A DNA stretch of 64,000 nucleotides from positions 288,001 to 352,000 of the forward strand of contig CAVQBA010000001.1 in the NCBI GenBank assembly GCA_963710605.1, written 5' to 3'. This DNA is from an uncultured cyanobacterium (GTDB lineage Bacteria; Cyanobacteriota; Cyanobacteriia; Cyanobacteriales; Cyanobacteriaceae). The translations under genes were made by a program, and so were the position numbers. The notes below the pieces were generated by a model that made no database searches, was not told the DNA's origin, and saw only the letters and a program-made list of their open reading frames with translations. This document shows, piece by piece, positions 22,317-33,764 of this stretch; the stretch's first letter is position 1; each line of letters starts with the position of its first letter.

Positions 22317-22639
22317 CTTTTGTTAATCTAATATGATAAATAAAGTTGTCTGTAATCGATTGTATCCATTAGGGAAAATATCTTTTAAGCTATATGTAAT
22401 TAAAAAAATAACTCTAATTTTTCTGCTAACTCTACTAGTTACAAAGACTAAAATAAATGAGTAAACTGTTTCTGCCCGTAATCTTTTTTAATATTTGCTT
22501 TGTGTCTTAACTTTTGTTAGAGATATAAATTTTAAGCAAATCGACAAGGTATTATTTTGCTCGATAAAATCTTAATCATTAGTTAAAATTACTTTCTAAT
22601 CAAGGATAACTAAATTTAAAAATTTAATAATATTAAAGA

Positions 22640-23761
22640 ATGAAACCACAACAACAATTAATTGATTTACAAACTCTTGCAAGTGGTGATGTTTTACAAT
22701 TACAAACTTATCAATTTAAAGGAAAAACTGGTAATAAAAAAGTTTATATTCAAGCTAATTTACATGGTGCAGAAATAGTAGGTAATGCTGTAATTTATGA
22801 ATTAATTCAGTTTTTATCACAGCTAAAACCAGAAGATATTGCAGGTGAAATATTACTTGTTCCTTTTTGTAATCCTCTTGGTGTTAATCAAAGAAGTTTG
22901 TTTTTTTCTACAGGCAGATACAATCCATATGATGGTAATAATTGGAATCGTATTTTTTGGGATTATGTAGATGAGAAACCTGATTTTGATACTTTTGTTA
23001 GTCAGAATATTAATTTAAGTAAGTCGGTAATTCAAGATAACTATCGTCAACAAATAATTAGTAAATTCAAACAAAAAATTAAACAGCAAACAGCGAGAGG
23101 ATTATCTTTTTCTCAGCATTATCGTAACCAATTACATTTATTGTCTTTATCTGCTGATTATGTAATTGATATTCATAGTTCAAGTATAGAAGCGATCGAT
23201 TATCTTTATTGTTTTGAGCAACGCCAAAAAAGTGCTGATTATTTTTTATTAGACTATGCTATTTTAATGAATAAATATGATGGTTATGCTTTTGATGAAG
23301 CCTTTTTAAACCCTTGGTTAGTATTAGAAAAAAAGTTTGCTAAACAAAGAAGAAATATTGTTTTTGATCTTGAATCATGGACATTAGAATTAGGTAGCGG
23401 AATGCGTGTAAATGAAAATTCTGTTACTAAAGGGGTTAAGGGAATTGTTAATTATTTAGCCTCTAAAAATGTAATTAATCAAGTAGTCAAATTACCAACA
23501 AAAACAACTACTTTTATTCCTAAAAATACAGTTAAAAGTTATTATGCAAGCACAGGTGGAATTATCCGCAATCGTCTAGGTGCAGGCACAAAAGTCAAAC
23601 ATGGGGATATTCTGTGTCAAATATTGAGTTTTGGGAAAAACAACTCTCAACCTGAGGTAATTGAAATCGAATCGATCAATCGGGGTATAATTTATGATGT
23701 ATCCATTAACGATACAGTCAATCAAGGTGAATATATCCTAGGAATCTTTCCTTATGTCTAA
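22640..23761 (+). CDS. Succinylglutamate desuccinylase/aspartoacylase family protein
   Basis: HGAE, NPLG, NWNR, DIHS and TLELG motifs. Confidence 0.9.
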   Translation: MKPQQQLIDLQTLASGDVLQLQTYQFKGKTGNKKVYIQANLHGAEIVGNAVIYELIQFLSQLKPEDIAGEILLVPFCNPLGVNQRSLFFSTGRYNPYDGNNWNRIFWDYVDEKPDFDTFVSQNINLSKSVIQDNYRQQIISKFKQKIKQQTARGLSFSQHYRNQLHLLSLSADYVIDIHSSSIEAIDYLYCFEQRQKSADYFLLDYAILMNKYDGYAFDEAFLNPWLVLEKKFAKQRRNIVFDLESWTLELGSGMRVNENSVTKGVKGIVNYLASKNVINQVVKLPTKTTTFIPKNTVKSYYASTGGIIRNRLGAGTKVKHGDILCQILSFGKNNSQPEVIEIESINRGIIYDVSINDTVNQGEYILGIFPYV

Positions 23762-24695
23762 TTCGATTACCTCTTCTTTTTCCGCAATCCCTGAAACTCC
23801 TCCTAATTTTAAATCTGGTTTCGTTGCCATTATTGGTCGTCCTAATGTCGGCAAATCAACGATAATGAACGAATTAATCGGGCAAAAAATAGCGATAACC
23901 TCCCCCGTCGCCCAAACCACTCGTAACCGTTTGAGGGGGATTTTAACCACACCACAGGCACAAATAATCTTTGTCGATACCCCCGGTATTCATAAACCTC
24001 ATCATGAGTTAGGTAGAGTTTTAGTCCAAAATGCAACTTCAGCTATTAATAACGTTGATGTTGTTTTGTTTGTGGTTGATTCTTCGTCTGATGCAGGTGG
24101 AGGCGATCGATTTATCATAGATTTACTTAAAAAGAGTAAAACTCCTGTAATTTTAGGTTTAAACAAAATTGATTTACAAGGAGAAAATCGAGAAGAATTA
24201 TTTGAAAGTTACGATGATGTCTGCCCTGAAAATTGGGAAGTAGCTAAATTTTCGGCACTAACAGGAAAAGGGTTAGATTATCTACAACAAAAATTAATTG
24301 AAAAACTAGAACCAGGTCCTTATTATTATCCACCCGAATTAGTCACAGATCAACCAGAAAGATTTATTATTGGTGAATTAATTAGAGAGCAAATATTATT
24401 ACTAACCAGAGAAGAGATACCCCATTCAGTTGCCGTCACGATCGAAAAAATAGAAGAAGGAAAACAAAAGACCAAAATTTTTGCGGCGATTAATGTCGAA
24501 AGAAATTCGCAAAAGGGTATAGTTATCGGGCAAAAAGGTCAAATGTTAAAACAAATTGGTACTGCTTCTCGTAAGCAAATGCAGAAATTATTAAGCGGTA
24601 AAGTTTATCTAGAATTATTCGTCAAAGTAGAACCAAAATGGCGACAATCAAGATTAAGATTAGCTGAATTTGGTTATAAAAAAATGGATGATTGA
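23754..24695 (+). CDS. era: GTPase Era
   Basis: GRPNVGKST, QTTR, DTPG, NKID and KH domain. Confidence 0.98.
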   Translation: MSNSITSSFSAIPETPPNFKSGFVAIIGRPNVGKSTIMNELIGQKIAITSPVAQTTRNRLRGILTTPQAQIIFVDTPGIHKPHHELGRVLVQNATSAINNVDVVLFVVDSSSDAGGGDRFIIDLLKKSKTPVILGLNKIDLQGENREELFESYDDVCPENWEVAKFSALTGKGLDYLQQKLIEKLEPGPYYYPPELVTDQPERFIIGELIREQILLLTREEIPHSVAVTIEKIEEGKQKTKIFAAINVERNSQKGIVIGQKGQMLKQIGTASRKQMQKLLSGKVYLELFVKVEPKWRQSRLRLAEFGYKKMDD

Positions 24696-24791
24696 TATAA
24701 ATAGATCGATTAATCTAAAGTAAAATCCAATTATAGCCAATGCGATCGACTGTTATCATACTGTATAAATAATAATTTTATACTTTAGTAA

Positions 24792-25133
24792 ATGGCAAAA
24801 CTTTCCCCAGAAATTAGTAACACTTTATCGTCAATTAAACAAACTTTATTGGAGGTAATAGATGAATCGACTGCAACCGAATTTATTTTATTTGAGACTA
24901 GAGGAGAAAGCGATGAGACAATTCCCTTTTTAGATGAAATGAAAAATGTTTCTATTCAAGCTAGAGAGAGATATTTTCAGCTTTCTAATTTAGAAGTAGG
25001 AATCGCTGAATCTCAACCCATAGCAACTAATGCTATTATCAACTTATTAACAAAAGCAATAGAGCAAAATCAGATGCGTATTCCGGCTTGGCAACGCAGT
25101 ATTCAAGAAGTAAAATTAGAGTGGCAATTATGA
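24792..25133 (+). CDS. Hypothetical protein
   Basis: 113-aa helical ORF, stop overlaps next start. Confidence 0.7.
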   Translation: MAKLSPEISNTLSSIKQTLLEVIDESTATEFILFETRGESDETIPFLDEMKNVSIQARERYFQLSNLEVGIAESQPIATNAIINLLTKAIEQNQMRIPAWQRSIQEVKLEWQL

Positions 25134-25321
25134 TGAGTAACTTACCTCCTATTCCTAATCAAGAAACAAGAAATTATTTATTAAATAATTTGCGTCGAAC
25201 TAATTTAGAGTTAGAAGAATTTGGACTAGAGTTAGATAAAATTATGGCAATCTTAGAACAAGAAAAACAACAAAATAAATTAAATAGAGTTAGACAAAAA
25301 TTGAATTTTTTAACTGAGTAA
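25130..25321 (+). CDS. Small hypothetical coiled-coil protein
   Basis: ATGA overlap with upstream ORF. Confidence 0.6.
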   Translation: MMSNLPPIPNQETRNYLLNNLRRTNLELEEFGLELDKIMAILEQEKQQNKLNRVRQKLNFLTE

Positions 25322-25459
25322 AATAGTTAAGAAGTACGATTGTCAGTTTTCATACTCTAGCGAAGTCTTTTAGTGCTTAATACAATTGAGAATAGTAAGT
25401 AGATACGAACAATTTACCACCTATTTTCGCTCGAGAAACTAGAAGTTGTTTATTAATTA

Positions 25460-26816
25460 TCAACGATCGATATTTGCTAAAAACTGTTTTAATTGAGGAA
25501 TAATATTACCAAAATGTAAGTGTAAATAAGAAGCATAAACATTATTAATTTGCCATCCTTGAGAAGATAATTGCGTTTGAGAATAATAATCTTTAATATT
25601 AATAATTGGGTTATTAGGAATATTAGAATTAAGAGCATGATGAAATTCATGTCCTCTTAAAACAAAATCTTTTTGTAGATATTTATTATTAATTAAAATA
25701 GTTGCTTGTCGGTAACCTAAAGTCAGTTTTTTACTCATAGTGGCTTGATTCGGTAATACCCCAACCATCTCCCATTCTCGCCCTTGAAAATCAACGATCG
25801 CTTCTGATAAATACATCATGCCACCGCATTCGGCGTAAGTAGTTAGTCCATTTCTAATAGCTCGATCGATTTCTAATTTCAATGATTTATTCTGAGCTAA
25901 TTGTTCAGCAAAAATTTCAGGAAAACCACCACCTAAATAAAGAGCGTTAATACCATCTGGTAAAACTCGATCGTTTAAAGGACTAAACTCAATTAATTCT
26001 ACTCCCAAATACTCCAAAATATCTAAATTATCTTGATAATAAAAATTAAAACTTTTATCTCTAGCTATGGCAATTGTAATGTTATAATTTTCTTTTTTTT
26101 CTATAAAATATTTTACAATTTTGGTAGTTGTTATAGTTTTTAAATAAGGTAATAATAGCTCCCAATTAAGACTATCTTTGGCTAATTGAGCTAATTGCTG
26201 AAAAATACGATCGTGTTGCTCAATTTCTTCAGTTGGCACTAATCCTAAATGTCTTGAAGGTAACTCAATATTTTGGTAGCGAAACCAAACGCCCATAACA
26301 GGAATAACACAGTCTTTTAACCCTGCTTTTAATAAAGATAAATGTTTTTGGCTACCTACTTTATTTAAAATTAAGTCCGACAATCTTGACTTGCCGATCG
26401 AAATTGAGATAACCTAAAACGATCGCACCTACAGAAATACTTAATTTACTACAATCAAGAATCAAGACAACAGGTAAATCAAGTAACTTAGCAATATAAG
26501 CCGTACTAGCATAATAAGGTGAAATATCGGTAGGTACACCATCAAACAAACCCATTACCCCTTCAATGATACTCAAGTCACTATCTTGACTATGATAATC
26601 AAAACACCATCTTACATAATCCTCTGAAGTTAAAATAGGATCTAGATTACGACACGATCGACTAGTAATAGTAGAATGAAACATAGGATCGATATAATCT
26701 GGTCCTACTTTAAAAGATTGCAAACAATGACCCTGACTTCTTAGATATGCCAATATAGCTAAAGTAATCGTTGTTTTACCGACACCACTTCTTTCTCCTG
26801 CGATAATTAGAGTCAT
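25460..26816 (-). CDS. cobB: Cobyrinate a,c-diamide synthase (single-base frameshift near 26375)
   Basis: SGVGKTT, KVGPDYIDP, EGVMGLFDG, SRHLGL, AECGG and GHEFH across two overlapping ORFs. Confidence 0.92.
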
Positions 26817-26945
26817 AAATTAAACAACAAACTACACATAACAGAATATAACTTTATCGATCGGGTTGAATGATATTCAACCCCTACGTTAACTTTTGGG
26901 TAATACCAATTAATCATCTCTACTTGAAACTTAAGACTTAATTTG

Positions 26946-27467
26946 TTAGTCATATTCAACTAAACTCAAAATAGGAATATTGGGTAATTTTTCTTTACCT
27001 TGCAAACCCTTCAAATCGATAATAAAAGCACAAGCAACTAACTCACAACCAATTTTAGTAACCAAATCAGCCGTCGCTTTAGCTGTGCCACCTGTGGCAA
27101 TCAAATCATCGACAATCATCACCTTCGCCCCTTTAGGCATCGCGTCTTGATGAATCTCTAAAATATCTGTGCCATATTCCAAATCGTATTCTAAACTATA
27201 AACATCAGCAGGTAACTTACCCTTCTTCCTTACAGGCACAAAACCCGCATTAATTTGATAAGCTAATGCAGGAGCAAAAATGAAGCCCCTAGATTCAATC
27301 CCGACAATATATTCTGGTTGAGTTTCTAGCTGTTGAGTTTTTTTGGCTAAAGAATCGATAACAGCCTTTAAACCTTCTTTATCTTTAAGTAATGTTGTTA
27401 TATCTCGAAAAACAATTCCTTGTTGCGGAAAATCGGGTATATCCCGAATCAAACTTTTAAAATCCAT
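26946..27467 (-). CDS. apt: Adenine phosphoribosyltransferase
   Basis: [21 protein letters not shown] and [10 protein letters not shown]. Confidence 0.97.
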   Translation of the reverse strand: MDFKSLIRDIPDFPQQGIVFRDITTLLKDKEGLKAVIDSLAKKTQQLETQPEYIVGIESRGFIFAPALAYQINAGFVPVRKKGKLPADVYSLEYDLEYGTDILEIHQDAMPKGAKVMIVDDLIATGGTAKATADLVTKIGCELVACAFIIDLKGLQGKEKLPNIPILSLVEYD

Positions 27468-27575
27468 GATAGATAGTTGATAATTTATACAAGAAGAATA
27501 AGGAATAGAGAATAAAAAAAAACAACTAACTTTTAACTGTTTAAATGATCAGTTTAGGTGGGCATTGCCCACCCT

Positions 27576-27633
27576 ACTCTTAACTCTTAACTCTTAACTC
27601 TTAACTCTTAACTCTTAACTTTTAACTTTTAAC
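27576..27633. repeat. Heptamer tandem repeat (ACTCTTA)n, STRR-type
   Basis: Direct reading; same unit at 50563-50594. Confidence 0.9.
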
Positions 27634-28797
27634 TTATTTCCCCATTCCTAATTGTTGAGCTTTCTGATATACTTTTCCTTCTGTGAGTAATGAAGGTGCG
27701 ATCACTACTTCTACTTCTTGCATTTGTTTAATGTCTTTTGCACCTAATGTTCCCATACTAGTTTGTAAAGCACCTAATAGATTATGAGTACCGTCATCAA
27801 GTTTAGCAGGACCTGTTAAGATATCTTCGATCGTTCCTGTCGTACCTACATTAATTCTTGTACCACGAGGTAAAACAGGGCTAGGAGTCGCCATCCCCCA
27901 ATGAAAACCACGCCCAGGGGCTTCCTCCGCACGTGCAATAGGAGAACCAATCATTACCCCATCTGCACCACAAGCAATACATTTACAAATATCACCACCT
28001 GTAATAATTCCACCATCAGCAATAACAGGTACATAATTACCAGTCTGTTGTTGATAATCATCACGAGCGGCGGCACAATCAGCCACAGCAGTAGCTTGAG
28101 GTACACCGACACCCAAGACACCACGAGAAGTACAAGCCGCACCCGGACCTATTCCGACTAATACAGCCGCCGCCCCAGCCTTCATTAAATTGAGAGCGAC
28201 ATCATAAGTGACACAGTTACCCAAAACTACAGGCATGGGCATCTTGGCACAAAAATCAGCTAAATCTAAGGGCTCGATCGATTCAGGGGCTAAATAGTCA
28301 GTAGAAACAACCGTCGCTTGAATAAAAACCATATCAGCACCAGCCTCAGCAACGATCGAACCGTATTTCGTCGCACCCACAGGAGTTAAACTAACTGCCG
28401 CTATTCCACCTTTTTCTTTGACTTGACTGATTCTTTTTTTGATTAACTCAGGTTGTATCGGTTTGCTATATAATTCTTGCATCAAACCAACAAATTCAGA
28501 CTTCCCGATTGAGCTAATACGATCTAAAATAGGATTAGGATCTTCGTAACGAGTTTGAATCCCCTCTAAATTAATAACTCCCATCGAACCTAATTCAGAG
28601 AGTAAAACAGCCATATTAACATCAACAACACCATCCATTGCACTGGCAATAATCGGAATCTTTCTTTCTATACCACCGATAGCCATGGTTGTATCTGCTA
28701 AACTAGGGTCTAAAGTACGTATTCCGGGAACTAATGCTATTTCATCTATACCATAAGCCCTACGAGATTTTTTCCCACGTCCAATTATAATTTCCAC
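27634..28797 (-). CDS. guaB: IMP dehydrogenase family protein (GuaB3 type)
   Basis: [17 protein letters not shown] and HWGMA motifs. Confidence 0.95.
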   Translation of the reverse strand: MEIIIGRGKKSRRAYGIDEIALVPGIRTLDPSLADTTMAIGGIERKIPIIASAMDGVVDVNMAVLLSELGSMGVINLEGIQTRYEDPNPILDRISSIGKSEFVGLMQELYSKPIQPELIKKRISQVKEKGGIAAVSLTPVGATKYGSIVAEAGADMVFIQATVVSTDYLAPESIEPLDLADFCAKMPMPVVLGNCVTYDVALNLMKAGAAAVLVGIGPGAACTSRGVLGVGVPQATAVADCAAARDDYQQQTGNYVPVIADGGIITGGDICKCIACGADGVMIGSPIARAEEAPGRGFHWGMATPSPVLPRGTRINVGTTGTIEDILTGPAKLDDGTHNLLGALQTSMGTLGAKDIKQMQEVEVVIAPSLLTEGKVYQKAQQLGMGK

Positions 28798-29032
28798 TTT
28801 ATTTCTACTATTAAGTTATTTGCTTAGATTATCAAATTTTCAACGATCGTGGCAATTTGAGCAATATCTAACTGAAAATATAATTGATAACTAGTATTTT
28901 TGCGATTAAATTTTAATGTCTTAGTCTAAATTTAAATGACGATAAATACGAAAAAGATATTTCTAAAATCTAGTGATTTGATTTGTACAATAGAATTAGG
29001 TTGTTTTTGCTCAGTAAAAGTGAAGGATTTTT

Positions 29033-29452
29033 ATGTTAGGTAAGTTTCAAACAAGTGAGTTACGGATTGAAGTTAAAGCTACAGAATTAGTAATACGTGA
29101 TGGTTTATTGAATTGTTCGCAACTCAAGCAGTGGTTTTCTCCTTTACAACTAAAGGGTGATTTTTCGAGTGAATTAACTTCTGGAGATGTTTTTATTTCT
29201 TCTGCGGGTTTGCTAGAGGTGGAAAATAAGGTCGAAATTATTAACAGTAATTGTTTTAATCTTCTTTTAAGTAAAGGTATTGACGGTTATCAGCAATGGT
29301 GTTGGGGTGATGGTTGGGTACAATCTCGTTTGGAGGGTGTTTCTGTTTTACCTCTTAGTTTAGGTCATAGTTTCAATTTGTTACGTTTGAGAAATTGGCT
29401 TAATAATCACGAATCATTAAAAACTACTACTAAAATAATTGAGATTGAATAG
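29033..29452 (+). CDS. Hypothetical protein
   Basis: 139-aa ORF; GIDGY..WCWGDGWVQSRLEG. Confidence 0.75.
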   Translation: MLGKFQTSELRIEVKATELVIRDGLLNCSQLKQWFSPLQLKGDFSSELTSGDVFISSAGLLEVENKVEIINSNCFNLLLSKGIDGYQQWCWGDGWVQSRLEGVSVLPLSLGHSFNLLRLRNWLNNHESLKTTTKIIEIE

Positions 29453-29542
29453 TTTTTATTTAATTGGTAAACAGATTCGATCGTAATTTTGATTTGACGG
29501 TGGGTATTACCCACCCTACATCAGTAATTTAATTATCAATTA

Positions 29543-30211
29543 TCAATTATCAGATCGATATTCAAGAGTCCAATGACGAGGAGAAGACTGATAAACTTGT
29601 GCTTTGTGCCAACCTATTTGTTGGGTAATTGCCTTTACTTCGGCAATAGTTAAAGCCGCATGCAATGAATCTTGAAATAATTTTTTTTGTCGAGGGCTAT
29701 AATCTAGATTTGCTTGTTCAACAATTTGATTAATTTGCTCTACTGAATCTGGACGTAGTAAGTCTCTAATCAAGACGTTACCATCTTTTTTAACAACTCG
29801 ATCGATTTGTTTAAATAATAAATACGGATGTGGTATATGATGAACCAAACTATTTGTCATCACCAAATCAAAACTATGATCAGGGTAAGGCATTTTTTTG
29901 CCATCAATTAACTCTAAGCGAATTCGATCGGATTTATTTGCTTGCTCGATATTTTTTTGTCCGAGTTTTAGCATTGATTGAGCTAAATCAACACCCACTA
30001 TCTCATACTCTGGACACAATTGGCTCAGAAACAAGGGAATACGAGCCGTACCCGTACCAATATCTAATACTTGTGTCTGTACTTGATTAATCTTTAATTT
30101 GCTGGCTAGAAGGGCAAAATCATAATTTACATCGCTAAAATCCATTTGATCATATTCTTGGGCTTCAGACTCATCATCCATTACTTCGGGTTCTAAAATA
30201 CGTTCAATCAT
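29543..30211 (-). CDS. Class I SAM-dependent methyltransferase
   Basis: VLDIGTGTA and NSLVHH motifs. Confidence 0.92.
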   Translation of the reverse strand: MIERILEPEVMDDESEAQEYDQMDFSDVNYDFALLASKLKINQVQTQVLDIGTGTARIPLFLSQLCPEYEIVGVDLAQSMLKLGQKNIEQANKSDRIRLELIDGKKMPYPDHSFDLVMTNSLVHHIPHPYLLFKQIDRVVKKDGNVLIRDLLRPDSVEQINQIVEQANLDYSPRQKKLFQDSLHAALTIAEVKAITQQIGWHKAQVYQSSPRHWTLEYRSDN

Positions 30212-30273
30212 AAAAACAAAATAACAGTATTCTTTATTTTTAATTCTTACTTTTTAATATCTAACTTTTGAAA

Positions 30274-30774
30274 TTAATAGAGAAAATCAGTTAAAATTTC
30301 ATCAGGTTCATCATCAAGTTCATCATCCTCATCTACAGGTGCAAGAGAATGTGGTGGTAATTTCTGTGTATAGTCACGCACAGTAATTTGATGTTGAACA
30401 AAATCCATCAGTTTTTCCTGAATCAATAAACGATTTTCTAACTCTTCTAGTTTGCTTTCTTTCGCCTCTAAAACGGTTAATCGATCGTTTAGTTGTTGAT
30501 CATGATCATCACCATCAATTGTCTGATTAGCCTGAAAATGCTTCGGTTTTGGTGTTTGTTGAGTAACCTGAGAATTTAAAGTTTGCTTAATCATTTCGAT
30601 TAATAATTCCTCAAGTGACTGCCCTTGTTGTTTTGCTAAATCATTTAATTGCTCATGCCATTGACTAGGTATTTTTAAATTGAGATTAAGAGGTTGATAG
30701 ATGATTTTTTTAGTCATTAGATGAATTAAAAATTCAAAAGTATAAATACTACTGTGTTTTGTGTCAGTAAGCAA
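30274..30774 (-). CDS. Hypothetical protein (ribbon-helix-helix-like N-terminus, acidic tail)
   Basis: LNLKIP...LAKQQGQSLEELL; ends DDEPDEILTDFL; start uncertain. Confidence 0.65.
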   Translation of the reverse strand: MLTDTKHSSIYTFEFLIHLMTKKIIYQPLNLNLKIPSQWHEQLNDLAKQQGQSLEELLIEMIKQTLNSQVTQQTPKPKHFQANQTIDGDDHDQQLNDRLTVLEAKESKLEELENRLLIQEKLMDFVQHQITVRDYTQKLPPHSLAPVDEDDELDDEPDEILTDFLY

Positions 30775-31064
30775 AAATATATTTTAAACTATTATCCTTG
30801 ACGATCGCAAAAACCAAATAACTGAGAATAATTTGCTCAACTTCTTTCATTAACCAGAAACTGAAAACAAAGCTGAACATTCATTATTATTAATTGATAG
30901 ACACTCTTGAGTCGCAAAATTACAAAAAAAAAGGGAATAAATCCCTCAAAAACAATTAGATAAGTCACACATTTACGAAAACTAAAATCGCAAAATAAAA
31001 TTAGTGCTGTAATTAAGAATATAATTTTGTTTAGTAAACTGATAAATAAAAAATTAAATCTTAA

Positions 31065-32375
31065 TTAAACTTTATATTTTCCACCTTTAGCAGGGTCACT
31101 CCAGTCACAAGCATATCCTTTAGTCTCAGCTACATATTGATTCCAAGGTATAGGAGCGACAGGGGCATCAGTAGCAGAAACAATTTCAAATAAACCATCA
31201 TCTCTAACTTGACCAATACGTACTGTTTTAGAGATATGATGATTAGGATACATTTCTACTTGTCCTTCAGGAGCATCAAATTGTTGACCAATAGCGGCTT
31301 CTCTGACTGCTTCTAAATCGGTTGTGCCGGCCGCTTCTACGGCTTGTTTCCAAAGATAAACCATAATATAAGCCGCTTCCATCGGATCATTAGTTACTCT
31401 TTCTTCACCATATTCGGCTTTAAAAGCTTCGACAAATTTGTTATTTTCGGGAGTATCAACAGTTTGGAAATAATTCCAAGCGGCGTAATGATCTTTTAAA
31501 TATTCAACCCCAATTTGCTTAACTTCTTCTTCGGCTACACTTACAGACATTACAGGGTATTGATCAGGAGTTAACCCAGCCGCTTGAATTTGTTTGAAGA
31601 AAGCAACGTTACTATCTCCATTCAAACTGTTAAAAATAACGCCACCGTTTGGTAAAGCACTTTTAATTTTAGTAATAATAGGAGTAACTTCAGTATTACC
31701 TAATGGTAAATAATCTTCGCCGACGGTTGTACCACCATTTGCTTCTAGTTGAGCTTTAATAATATTATTAGCAGTACGAGGGAAAACATAGTCTGAACCA
31801 ACTAAGAAAAATTCTTTACCTTTGTTTTCTAATAACCAATCTACAGCCGGTTCAATTTGTTGATTTGGTGCCGCACCAGTATAAAAAATATTTTTAGAAC
31901 ATTCCTGACCTTCGTATTGTACAGGATACCAAAGCATATGATTTTTGGATTCAAATACTGGTAATACAGCTTTACGACTAGCTGATGTCCAACAACCAAA
32001 AACGGTTACTACGTTATCTTGATCGATTAGTTTGGTTGCTTTTTCCGCAAATGTAGGCCAATCAGAGCCACCGTCTTCGATAACGGCTTCTATTTGTTTA
32101 CCTAATACTCCACCTGCTTCATTAATTTCTTTAATTGCTAATTGTTCAGCATCAACTACTGTGGTTTCACTGATTGCCATTGTGCCACTCAAAGAGTGTA
32201 ATATTCCGACTTTAATTGTGTCTCCATCTGCACTAGGAGTACCTGGATTGGTTGTTACATCTGGTGTTCCGTCAGTATCGCTAGTTGGTGAATCGCTACA
32301 GGCTTTTAAAAATAAACTTGTACCAAGAGTTGCTGAACCGTATAAAAGAAACTTTCTTCTACCTAATTTCGACAT
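31065..32375 (-). CDS. urtA: Urea ABC transporter substrate-binding protein
   Basis: [25 protein letters not shown] and YPVQYEG motifs. Confidence 0.96.
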   Translation of the reverse strand: MSKLGRRKFLLYGSATLGTSLFLKACSDSPTSDTDGTPDVTTNPGTPSADGDTIKVGILHSLSGTMAISETTVVDAEQLAIKEINEAGGVLGKQIEAVIEDGGSDWPTFAEKATKLIDQDNVVTVFGCWTSASRKAVLPVFESKNHMLWYPVQYEGQECSKNIFYTGAAPNQQIEPAVDWLLENKGKEFFLVGSDYVFPRTANNIIKAQLEANGGTTVGEDYLPLGNTEVTPIITKIKSALPNGGVIFNSLNGDSNVAFFKQIQAAGLTPDQYPVMSVSVAEEEVKQIGVEYLKDHYAAWNYFQTVDTPENNKFVEAFKAEYGEERVTNDPMEAAYIMVYLWKQAVEAAGTTDLEAVREAAIGQQFDAPEGQVEMYPNHHISKTVRIGQVRDDGLFEIVSATDAPVAPIPWNQYVAETKGYACDWSDPAKGGKYKV

Positions 32376-32412
32376 ATGTTTTGTTGCTTATTAAATTTAG
32401 CTAAACTTCTCT

Positions 32413-32454
32413 ATGTTAAAGATAAGGTTAATGTCTTTTTGTATTTATTAATAC
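32413..32454 (-). promoter_or_regulatory. NtcA-activated promoter of urtA
   Basis: GTA-TTAATAAA-TAC, 22 nt, then TAACAT on the minus strand (canonical GTAN8TAC-N22-TAN3T). Confidence 0.88.
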
Positions 32455-32732
32455 TTTTTCTTGGGTATTCTCTGGTAAGTATTTATTCGTAATTTATTAA
32501 AAGTAATTTTTTTTTCAAGTATTTTACTCAAAAAGCACGACAATGTTTACGACAATTGTTTATTTGAAAGGTGTTGAGCAATCATATAATTGTACAAAAA
32601 ATTTAAAAATTTAAAGCTAGGTAATAAAAGTTTAGTCAAAATGAAATGATAAATACATTTAGCTGTATGGGTAAAACAGAGTTAGTAGCTAAAATAATAT
32701 ATTTAGGCTCAACAATATTTTGCTAAATAATT

Positions 32733-33560
32733 ATGAACCAGAACATCAAAGTCTTAATTTTAGATATCGATGGTACGATTGCAGGAGCTTCAAATCAAGT
32801 AACTTCACGAGTAAAAGAGGTAATTAAAAAGGTTCAACACAAAGGCATTAAAGTTGGTTTAGCAACTGGAAGAATGTATTGTTCGGCTTTAAGGTTTCAT
32901 CAAGATATTGGGGCAGATTTACCCATCATTGGTTATAACGGTGCTTGGATGCAAAACCCTGTAGATTCGCAAATGTTGTTTCATCAACCTGTTGACCAAA
33001 AAAAAATTGTTAAACAGTTGTTAGATTATTTTCGTCAGCAACAACAAAATAGTGATTTGCAAGTACATCTTTATTTTGACGATCGTTTATATGTTGAAAA
33101 TTTTACGGCTAAAACTGATTATTATGTCAAACGAGCAGGTATTACAGCTAATGTAGTTGATGATTTTTCTTCTTTACTGACTCGTAACCCGACTAAATTA
33201 TTAGCTTTGAGCGATGATTCGCAGTTAATTTCACTTTTATTAACTGATTTAAAAAAAATCTACACTGAAGATGAATTATATCTAACTCAATCTAGCCCTG
33301 TTTATTTAGAAGCAACTCAGCCACTGGTAAACAAAGGTACAACCGTTAAATATTTAGTTGAGAAAATTTTGGGTTTAACTAGTGACCAGGTGATGACAAT
33401 GGGTGATAATCTTAATGATTACGAAATGTTAGATTATGCAGGTTTAGGTGTAGCGATGGGTACAGCACCATTAGAGGTGAAACAAATCGCTAATACAGTA
33501 ACAAGTAGTGTGGAAGAAGATGGGGTAGCTGAGGCGATCGATCGTTTTTTATTATCTTAA
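32733..33560 (+). CDS. Cof-type HAD hydrolase
   Basis: DIDGT, ATGR, NKG and GDNLNDYEM motifs. Confidence 0.93.
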   Translation: MNQNIKVLILDIDGTIAGASNQVTSRVKEVIKKVQHKGIKVGLATGRMYCSALRFHQDIGADLPIIGYNGAWMQNPVDSQMLFHQPVDQKKIVKQLLDYFRQQQQNSDLQVHLYFDDRLYVENFTAKTDYYVKRAGITANVVDDFSSLLTRNPTKLLALSDDSQLISLLLTDLKKIYTEDELYLTQSSPVYLEATQPLVNKGTTVKYLVEKILGLTSDQVMTMGDNLNDYEMLDYAGLGVAMGTAPLEVKQIANTVTSSVEEDGVAEAIDRFLLS

Positions 33561-33631
33561 AGCAACGTGTAAAGAGTAAGTTTAAGAATGGAGAATCGTG
33601 AATTGAGAATTACTTTTTACTTCTTCTTCCT

Positions 33632-33724
33632 TATTCCCTATTCCCTATTCCCTATTCCCTATTCCCTATTCCCTATTCCCTATTCCCTATTCCCTATTCC
33701 CTATTCCCTATTCCCTATTCCCTA
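33632..33724. repeat. Heptamer tandem repeat (TATTCCC)n, about 13 units, STRR-type
   Basis: Direct reading. Confidence 0.95.
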
Positions 33725-33764
33725 ACTAACTGTTCGCACTTTATCTGTTCGCACTTTATCTGTC

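Noticed and set aside
20344-23761. M48 peptidase, secreted protein and deacylase as CRISPR ancillary genes
   Set aside because: Separated from the cas genes by repeats and intergenic gaps, lack CARF/SAVED domains, and the deacylase is coupled to era
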